This document shows positions 1-8,054 of a stretch of DNA of 22,001 nt, piece by piece. The stretch lies in contig KV454013.1 of assembly GCA_001661245.1 (NCBI GenBank), forward strand, positions 1,644,502-1,666,502. Direction: 5' to 3'. Source of the stretch: Pachysolen tannophilus NRRL Y-2460. Its lineage: Eukaryota. Position 1 is the first letter of the stretch, and each line of letters begins with the position of its first letter. A model generated the notes under the pieces. That model had not been told where the DNA came from, did not search any database, and saw nothing but the letters and a program-made list of their open reading frames with translations. The translations under genes and the position numbers were made by a program.

Positions 1-2225
1 TAATTTTAATGGATGATGTCTTGAGTGCAGTTGATGCTAAGGTAGGTAAGCATATTATGGAAAATTGTATCTTGGGATATTTGAAGGATAAAACTAGAAT
101 TTTGGCTACTCATCAGTTATCATTAGTTGGAGCAGCAGACCGTGTTATTTTTCTAAATGGTGATGGTACAATAGATGTTGGAACAAGCCAGGAGTTACTT
201 GAAACTAACGAAGGATTCATTTCATTAATGCAGCATGCAACTGATAATAATAATGAAGATTCAATAGTTGAAGCAGAAGAAGTGGAAGCAGGTAAAGATG
301 AATCGCAGGATTTACTTCGTATTAGATCTACTAAGTTAATGGTTACTACTTCAATCCAAAGTATCGATGATAATGAGCTGAAATGTATAGGAAAATTAGT
401 AGAAGTGGAAGAAAGAGCAGTTAATTCAATTCAATATGATGTTTACAGAAATTACGTGAAATTAGGTTCAGGAATTTTTGGAGTTTTCTTTCTTCCTGTT
501 TTGTTTGTTATTCTTTCTTTGGGTATCTTTGCTTCTATATTTCAAACTGTTTGGTTGTCATATTGGACTGAGTATAGATTTTCAAGTTTAACCAATAATG
601 AGTATGTGGGCATATATATCGCAATCAATATTGCTACCATCATTTTTGTGTTATGTATCAATACATTATTGGTTTATATATCTAATAACGCAGGAAGATT
701 ATTGACTGTTAAAGGTGTTGAAAGGTTACTTCATGCCCCAACATCTTTTATGGATTCAACTCCGATGGGAAGAATTTTGAATAGGTTTACCAAGGATACA
801 AACTGTGTTGATATTGAACTTAGTGAATATTTAAGATTATTTGTAACTCCGGTTGGACTAGTTGTTGGAACTGTTATACTTTCGATTGTTTATATTCCAT
901 GGGTTGCTGTTGCTGTTCCGTTCTTTGCTTTCATATTTTTCTGTATCACAAATTATTATCAAGCATCATCGAGAGAAATCAAGAGATTGGAAGCGGTACA
1001 AACTTCTTTCGTTTTTAGTCACTTCAATGAAACGTTGAATGGTATGAATACTGTGAAGGCATATAAGGCTGAAAAAAGATTCAAGTCGAAAAACGACTTT
1101 TATATAAACCAAAGAAATGAAGCATTGTTTCTTACGACAGCCAACAATTCCTGGATAAAGATCAGTTTAGGAACTTTTTCTTCATTATTCATTTTATTTG
1201 TGAGTCTCTTATGTGTGCTGGGAGTATTTAGCTTAGGTGCAGGAGCAACAGGTGTTTTGTTGAGTAATCTTTTGAACATAGCTGATCAATTGACCACTGC
1301 TTTGGTGCAATTCACGAATTTGGAAAATTCCATGAATTCTGTTGAAAGACTTTATCATTATGCATTTAAACTACCCCAGGAAGCAGCTTATGAAATTCGG
1401 GAAACTCAGCCTAGTCCACAGTGGTTGACTGTTAATAGCAATATTGAATTCAGAAATGTTTTCATGCAATATTCAAAAAATTCTCCATTTGTTTTAAACA
1501 GGTTGAATTTTGAAATAGGTACAGGTGAAAAAGTCGGTATCTGCGGTAGAACTGGAGCAGGAAAGTCATCAATCATGACTGCCTTATACAGATTATGTGA
1601 GATAACAGAAGGAGAAATTATTATTGATCAAGTTGATATTTCTAAAATTGGATTGGAGACTTTAAGAAGCCATTTAGCTATCATTCCTCAGGATCCAATT
1701 ATGTTTTCTAGTACTTTAAGGAAAAACTTAGATCCGTTTGATAAGTTTTCAGATGATAAATTGTATGATGTTTTAAAAATTGTAACTTTGGTAGATGATA
1801 TTGAGAAAGTTAAGAGACAGGATGGGTATCATGGTGAAACTTTGCACAAGTATAACCTAAACCAATCAGTATCAGAAGCAGGTTCGAATTACTCTTTAGG
1901 TGAAAGACAATTAGTATCATTAGCAAGAGCTATTTTACATGACTCAAAAATCTTAATTATGGATGAAGCTACATCTTCAGTTGATTACGACACAGATGAA
2001 AAAGTCCAAAGAATCATTAAGCAACAATTCAGTCATTGTACTATCTTGTGTATTGCTCATAGATTAAAGACTATCATTGACTATGATAGAATTTTGGTTT
2101 TGGAGAAAGGGGAAGTAATTGAGTTTGACACACCCTACAATTTATTTTGTACCGAAGATGGTGTATTCAAGGAAATGTGTGAAAAATCACGTATTGTTGA
2201 AAGTGATTTTAATAAGGTTAATTAG
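1..2225 (+). CDS. YOR1: ABCC/MRP-family ABC transporter, YOR1-like (5'-truncated by window edge)
   Basis: The frame is open from the window start (..ILMDDVLSAVDAKVGKHI = NBD1 Walker B/D-loop), so the ATG at 9 is internal. EERAVNSI linker, TMD2 with TPMGRILNRFTKD, NBD2 Walker A GRTGAGKSS, signature NYSLGERQ, Walker B ILIMDEATSSVD, H-loop IAHRL. Stop TAG at 2223-2225. It may be a YOR1 paralog rather than the ortholog. Confidence 0.88.
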   Translation, partial: ILMDDVLSAVDAKVGKHIMENCILGYLKDKTRILATHQLSLVGAADRVIFLNGDGTIDVGTSQELLETNEGFISLMQHATDNNNEDSIVEAEEVEAGKDESQDLLRIRSTKLMVTTSIQSIDDNELKCIGKLVEVEERAVNSIQYDVYRNYVKLGSGIFGVFFLPVLFVILSLGIFASIFQTVWLSYWTEYRFSSLTNNEYVGIYIAINIATIIFVLCINTLLVYISNNAGRLLTVKGVERLLHAPTSFMDSTPMGRILNRFTKDTNCVDIELSEYLRLFVTPVGLVVGTVILSIVYIPWVAVAVPFFAFIFFCITNYYQASSREIKRLEAVQTSFVFSHFNETLNGMNTVKAYKAEKRFKSKNDFYINQRNEALFLTTANNSWIKISLGTFSSLFILFVSLLCVLGVFSLGAGATGVLLSNLLNIADQLTTALVQFTNLENSMNSVERLYHYAFKLPQEAAYEIRETQPSPQWLTVNSNIEFRNVFMQYSKNSPFVLNRLNFEIGTGEKVGICGRTGAGKSSIMTALYRLCEITEGEIIIDQVDISKIGLETLRSHLAIIPQDPIMFSSTLRKNLDPFDKFSDDKLYDVLKIVTLVDDIEKVKRQDGYHGETLHKYNLNQSVSEAGSNYSLGERQLVSLARAILHDSKILIMDEATSSVDYDTDEKVQRIIKQQFSHCTILCIAHRLKTIIDYDRILVLEKGEVIEFDTPYNLFCTEDGVFKEMCEKSRIVESDFNKVN

Positions 2226-2668
2226 TAATTAAAAGGTTAGGAATATTTAATAGGGTTTATTTAATAATTAATATATATAATGTAATTGAGTTCATATTAG
2301 TAGTAAATTATATCTATATCGAGCCGCAAGCGGCTCATAATATGCGGACATAATTTGTGCGTGTGTGTTTTTTTTTGAGGACACAAAGAAGATGACGAGT
2401 TTCCGATCCAGTTGACGAAAATGAAAACCAAGAAAGAAGTCAATGTATATCTTTGAGTGATATTAATTGCTGCTACTTGTAATTTATAATTCTTTTTTTG
2501 ATTAAAAACTTTTATGGGAAAATTTCAATGTTGTCTTTGCTAGATTTCAAATAATATTTTGCTTTTATAAAATTTGTATTTTTTGCTTTTTGTCTCTGTT
2601 TTGAAAATTTAGATAGTGATTTTGATTCGTCTTTTAGTCAAACAATATAGTTGACATTTTGAAAAAAA

Positions 2669-4716
2669 ATGTCAAGGGTACTATCATCAAGCCATGAATC
2701 TTTAGTTGGCAGTTGTTTGATTAGTGGCGATATCAACCCAACAAGAGATATTACAACTGATGATGACTATGATAGTGTCGAAAGTTTTGAAAAAATGATA
2801 AAAGAAGTGAATGCTGTTGTTGGCGGTGAAAAATCAGCACACAATTATTCTGGTGAATCAGAAAAGAAAAAATTTAGAGATTCTTTTTACCAAAGGATCA
2901 ATGAAAGCTGTACCGATTCAAATACAGAACCTTGTGATAGCTCGATTCATATGGTTCCAAAAATTTCAATTAAGTCTGCAATAGCTGAAAATTCCATTGA
3001 AAATGAAAAATTGACTTTTAAAAAAAGCTCTAACAAAAAAATAACTAAAAACAGCAATAGGTGGAAAAATTGGGAGGTTTCTTCGCCAGTTAATACTCCC
3101 AGGTGGGGCCATATCTCAAAAAATAATTGCACTAAAGAAAAATATCTACTTGAAGAAATTGAAGATTTAAAAAATAAAATTAATATTATGGAACTGAATA
3201 TTGGAAAATTAACCGAATCTTTTAATTTCTGGCAAAATTTTGTTAGCCCTAAAAGTGGAACACCCGAAATTAAAAGATCAATGTCTTTAAATAATGGAAA
3301 TTCGTTTAATTCTGATTCTGGCTACTTGCACAATGAACATAATTTTCATCTCTCAAAACATACTAAAAACAGACATCCGGTTAACTCCTTTGACCTTCCT
3401 CGTCAGTTGAATAATTCTAAGAAATCACTAGATTATGAGGAAAATAATCACAAGAATAATATTTCTGAGCACATTAATTCTAAAAGTTCGATGTATGATT
3501 GGGATGTACGTATAAATGACTTTATATCTTAAAAAAATACTTCCCTTCAAAGTTATACTAACACATTATGAAATCTTTATCACAATAGCTGACTGTAAAC
3601 AAAATATTTGAAGATGATGGCTTACAAACTTCTATTTTTCTTCAACAGAAGTTGAAAAATTCAGATTCTAAAACCACTGATGAAATTTTCAAACCCATTT
3701 TGAAGAGAAGCGGCGAATTGATGGTTAGTAGATTTGGTAATTTTTTAATTCAACGATGTTTTGATTACTGCACTGAAAAGCAAATTGAAAAACTACTTTA
3801 CGAAATCTTGGGTAATGTCGTTTTGTTATCCATGGATAGATATGGTTGCCATGTTGTTCAAAAAGCAATAGATTATACAGTGAGCATGAAAATGTCAAAG
3901 TTATATATGTTAATAGTTGAAGAATTGGTAGAAGATATTTCAGAAACAATAATTTGCAATAATTCAACTCGAGTCTGGCAACGAATTTTTGAAATCCGTT
4001 GGTCAACTATTAATAAGGGAGAATCTACACCATTTGTAAATATAATTGAGAAAATCAATCTTTCTTTGAAAGACAAGTGGTGTGAAATTGCAATGTCCCC
4101 CAATGGATGCCTAATAGTTCAAAAATTATTTGAAAATTACAGCAAATATGATCAAATTCAGTGTATCAATGAACTTTTACAAAACTTGAATTTATTGATC
4201 AAAAATCAATCGGGAAATTGGGTGATTCAGCACTTGTTGATTAATGAAGTTTCTGCAATTAATGGAAATGAAGAATTTTTTAGTGAAAAACAAACAATTA
4301 TAGCTGAGTTGTTGGATGAAAAAAAATGTTTCCATTACTGTATTAATCAGTTTGGATCCAAAGTTATCGAAACAATGTTAAAAAATTATCCACAAACAGT
4401 AGACAAGTTATTAACAAGTCTATGTAAGGAACAAGCAAGAGGTAGTAGTAACAAGAGTACTAGTAATAGTGTTGGATTTTCAAGAACCCCATCAATTTCA
4501 ATTCGAAGTCAACTAAGTATATTAGCCTCTGATTTATATGGAAGCCATGTTCTTCAGTATATATTCATTAATGGGAACGATGAACAAAAACGTAAAATTA
4601 TGGACGAACTAAAGAGATACATGGTCTCTTTAAGAGGTTCAAAATATGGTATCAAAATTACTAATTCGATTGATCAATATGTCAAATATAATAATAATAA
4701 TTATACTACTAGTTAA
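2669..4716 (+). CDS. Pumilio/PUF-family RNA-binding protein (Mcp2/Puf8-like), two exons: 2669-3505 + 3589-4716, about 654 aa
   Basis: Removing intron 3506-3588 joins ORF 2669 and ORF 3652 in frame (..YDWD|xTVNKIFEDDGLQTSIFLQQKLK..). There are eight PUF repeats (TSIFLQ, GNFLIQ, GCHVVQ, STRVWQ, GCLIVQ, GNWVIQ, GSKVIE, GSHVLQ) and a C-terminal MVSLRGSKYG motif. The N-terminal half is disordered with a short coiled coil (LLEEIEDLKNKINIME). Confidence 0.88.
3506..3588 (+). other. Spliceosomal intron (83 nt, phase 0) in the PUF gene
   Basis: Donor GTACGT 3506-3511, perfect branch point TACTAAC 3556-3562, acceptor TAG 3586-3588. Splicing restores the frame and the first PUF repeat. Confidence 0.92.
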
Positions 4717-4729
4717 AAGAATTTAAATT

Positions 4730-6384
4730 TTATAGTACCAGCTTGAACAACTCTATCAAATCATATTTATAATAAACACCTAAATCTATCAAAGATTTCA
4801 CCTCTCTTACCCAAGAGTTTCGGTTATTATTGAAAACTTTATCAAGTTCTTGATTAGAAGTTTTTCCTTCTAAAATATATAGTCTCAAAGTACTTTCATT
4901 TCTTTTTTTAAATCTATTCAATTTGTCAAAAATATTTTCTCTCAATCCCACACTGCTTAAATTGGTGATATTAACTGCAGATTTCAATAAATTCTTTGCG
5001 TTCTTGATTAATATTTGTCTATTCTGGTCTGATAATTCAATATTTTCTAAACTTACTCTTAGTATCTCCAAGTCTGCTCTCTTTATCATCAAACTACCTA
5101 AAAAATATATTAAAGAAGAAGCCACCTCTTTTGTCTTACTTATCTGATATTTTGCGTCTACTAAAAGTTGTGATTTTTTATAAATGTTCAACATTTTAGA
5201 ATATAAATTCCATAATTCTTGATTTGATATAGTTAAATTTGAAGAAGTTGAAATTTTGTCCAAAAAATTTTGTAAACTGTCACCATAAGACATATAATAT
5301 TCTGGTATTTCTATTTGTTCATTTTCTTCCCAGATTTTAACTATTTCATTGATATCATCGTTCATTGAACTTAATAATGATTTTTTAGCTATTTTCAAAT
5401 TATTTATATCTTCATCACTTAAATGATCAAAAACGCCATTTGTAGGGCTCAATAGACCAAAATTCTTCATCAAACTTAAAGATGAATTATCCAAGAAATT
5501 TAAGAAATTGTTAAATCTGCTATTCAAATATTCAAGTTGCGGACCATTAGTGACTAATTCATATAACGATTGTAATAACTTATATGATGTGATTATTGTC
5601 TCTAAGGCTACTGATGGAGTTATTATTTCTTGTTCTTCAAATGATTGTGATTGATCTTTTGAGACAGTAGAGTTTTCTTCAGAAGGACTTTGAGGTTGGT
5701 TAAAATTAAAATTCTGTATTAATTCATTCAACTCCAATATCAAGTGTTCTAAATGTCGAGTGAACAAATTAGCAGAATTCAATCCAATTCGTATTAAATC
5801 TTCAAAATCAAAGTCAACATCTTTATTAATATCCTGATCTTCAATAAACTCCAAATATATCAATGCAGTATTATAAATCAAATCAAATGAATTTTTGTTC
5901 AATTCGTTAAATTTACCAAGAGCAAATTCATGATATTTTATAATAAAATCCAAATCTTTAACAACACCATTTTCACTGTTTAAGCAATCCGCAACATTTG
6001 AAAAAGGATCCACCAACATGATACAATCAGGTCTGACAAAATTATTATAAACATGGAATAGCAATCTAGCTATATTATAATAAGTATCCAATTTACTTAA
6101 ATCATCATTACTCAGTCTTACAGAATCATCGTAATGTTCATACGCTTTCTGATAAAACCTTAAAGATTTCGTCAAATCTGAAGAAAACCAACGATCACCT
6201 GAATCTTCATCTTGAATGGCTTCATCTGAAAAGTCATCTGCTGTAACCAATTGCTTATCATTATTAGTTGGATTCTTTTTCCCTTTACCCCGTTGAAGCT
6301 CTAAAACAAAAAAACAAATTAGTCAGTATAAAATTGTAATCCAGAATTAATCAAAACATCTACCCACAAAGACTTACTCTTCAT
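4730..6384 (-). CDS. Conserved fungal alpha-helical/TPR-like protein of unknown function (UPF0656-like), two exons: 6384-6378 + 6300-4730, about 525 aa
   Basis: The ORF-track start at 6250 is TTG. The spliced start gives MKKLQRGKGKKNPTNNDKQLVTADDFSDEAIQDEDSGDRWFSSDLTKSLRFYQKAY..YNIARL. This basic N-terminus plus the E-x-GD/ERW..D..KS.RFY motif matches my recollection of a conserved fungal TPR-like family; the family name is tentative. Confidence 0.75.
6301..6377 (-). other. Spliceosomal intron (77 nt, phase 1) after a 7-nt first coding exon
   Basis: Minus strand: ATG AAG A|GTAAGT (donor 6377-6372), branch-like TACTGAC/GACTAAT around 6328-6318, polypyrimidine tract TTTGTTTTTTTGTTTTAG ending at 6301. 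The codon at 6298 is in frame with the long ORF. Confidence 0.88.
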
Positions 6385-6577
6385 ATCCTCTATCATATCG
6401 TTGTACTCTCTATATTTCAATAAAATTCATATTAATCATCTTTTAGATTCCGATGCTACCTAAAATCTGCATCAAAAAAAAAAACCAAAAAAAAAATTTT
6501 CCACTTTTCTCCATCTTTTTATATATTTTATTAAAAAACTGTTGAAGAGAAGCTTATAACTAGATGAGAAATTAGAG

Positions 6578-7549
6578 ATGTCATTGGAGAATAGCAATGT
6601 GGCCATAGAGAAGTCTGTGGCTCAAGACTTGGGAGTTGTTTCGTCTTTTGCAGCTGGAAGTTTGGCTGCGTGTGCTGCAGTTACGTTTACCAATCCTATT
6701 GAATTAGTTAAGACAAGAATGCAGTTACAAGGTGAATTAACCAAGGCAGCTAATGTTGAGAAGATTTATAAGAATCCTTTTCAGGCACTTGTAGTTATTG
6801 GTAGAAATGAAGGTATAAGAGGGTTACAAAATGGGTTAGGGTGTGCTTATGTATATCAAGTTCTTTTGAACGGTTCGAGATTAGGATTTTATGAACCAAT
6901 ACGAAATTCTATGAATTCATTTTTTTTCCCTCATTTTGAAGCTTATAAGGTTCAAAATACTGCTATAAATGTTGCAGCAGGAACTGCTGCTGGTGTCATT
7001 GGAGCAATCTTAGGATCACCTTTGTATTTGGTCAAGACTAGAATGCAATCATTTTCTGACAAGATTAAGATTGGTGATCAGTCAAAATATAATAATCTGG
7101 TTGATGGTTTAAGGCAAATATATGCAAAAGAAGGATTTAAAGGTTGGTTTAGAGGTCTTGACTCTGCAATATTAAGAACAGGTATTGCATCTGCTGTCCA
7201 GCTTCCAATTTACAATTCTTCAAAACATTTTTTATTATCACATAAATATTTTGAAGGGGAATCGTTATCATTACATTTAACTGCATCCACCGTTTCAGGT
7301 ATGGGTGTTAGTATTGTTATGAATCCTTGGGATGTTGTATTGACCAGAGTTTATAATCAAACAGGGAATTTGTATAAAGGTCCAATAGATTGTATGTATA
7401 AGATCATCAAATATGAAGGTATTACTGCCTTATACAAAGGTTTTGGTGCACAAGCAATGAGAATGGCTCCCCATACTATTTTATGCTTAACTTTTATGGA
7501 ACAAACCATGAAGCTCATAAAATATGCCGAAAACAAAATTTTCATTTAA
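6578..7549 (+). CDS. OAC1: Mitochondrial oxaloacetate/sulfate (alpha-isopropylmalate) carrier
   Basis: 323 aa with three mitochondrial carrier repeats carrying Px[DE]xxKxRxQ-type signatures (NPIELVKTRMQLQGEL, SPLYLVKTRMQS, NPWDVVLTRVYNQ). OAC1-typical motifs: YQVLLNGSRLGFYEP, SAVQLPIYN, PHTILCLTFMEQT. Confidence 0.93.
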   Translation: MSLENSNVAIEKSVAQDLGVVSSFAAGSLAACAAVTFTNPIELVKTRMQLQGELTKAANVEKIYKNPFQALVVIGRNEGIRGLQNGLGCAYVYQVLLNGSRLGFYEPIRNSMNSFFFPHFEAYKVQNTAINVAAGTAAGVIGAILGSPLYLVKTRMQSFSDKIKIGDQSKYNNLVDGLRQIYAKEGFKGWFRGLDSAILRTGIASAVQLPIYNSSKHFLLSHKYFEGESLSLHLTASTVSGMGVSIVMNPWDVVLTRVYNQTGNLYKGPIDCMYKIIKYEGITALYKGFGAQAMRMAPHTILCLTFMEQTMKLIKYAENKIFI

Positions 7550-7983
7550 AATTAATTATAATATAATATTCCTAATAGGCTTTTTGAACTTTTTTTATAG
7601 ATTTGTTGTTTTTGTTTTTGTTTTAGTTTTAGATTATTGATAGATAAAATCTTAATTCCAAAAGTGATTTATACAATTATAAAACCGTAACCAAAAATAT
7701 ATATATGAAAAAAACAATGATAACATCCAAACAAAAATAAATAACAAAATAATCCACTTCAAAAACAGAAGGTAATAAAAAAAAAATAGTTGAAATGAAA
7801 AAGTAATAAATAAAACCAAAGTCAAGTTAATTGAAAATATTGAAGATATTGAAAAGAAAGAAAAAAAAACAAAAAAAAATAAAAGAATAATGTAAATAGG
7901 AACGATTTTTTTATTGCGAAGAAGAACCTCAAGATCAAAAGGAGAAAACTTTGACTATAGTGCCCGCCATGCTCTCTTTCCCT

Positions 7984-7985
<2 letters not shown>

Positions 7986-8018
<33 letters not shown>
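7986..8018. repeat. Poly(dT) tract of 33 nt (poly-A on the MUB1 sense strand, just 3' of its stop)
   Basis: Seen directly in the sequence. Confidence 0.9.
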
Positions 8019-8019
<1 letters not shown>

Positions 8020-8054
8020 GTATTCTTCTTCTTCTTCTTCCTTACTACATCTGG

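Noticed and set aside
2669..3532. 287-aa ORF as a stand-alone gene, and 3652-4716 as a separate TTG-start gene
   Set aside because: Better explained as exons 1 and 2 of one PUF gene joined by a canonical intron.
6490..6570. RRPE-like AAAAATTTT and PAC-like GATGAG upstream of OAC1
   Set aside because: Only partial matches in poly-A-rich DNA, and GATGAG is about 10 bp from the ATG. No Leu3-type CCG-N4-CGG site is visible in this promoter either.
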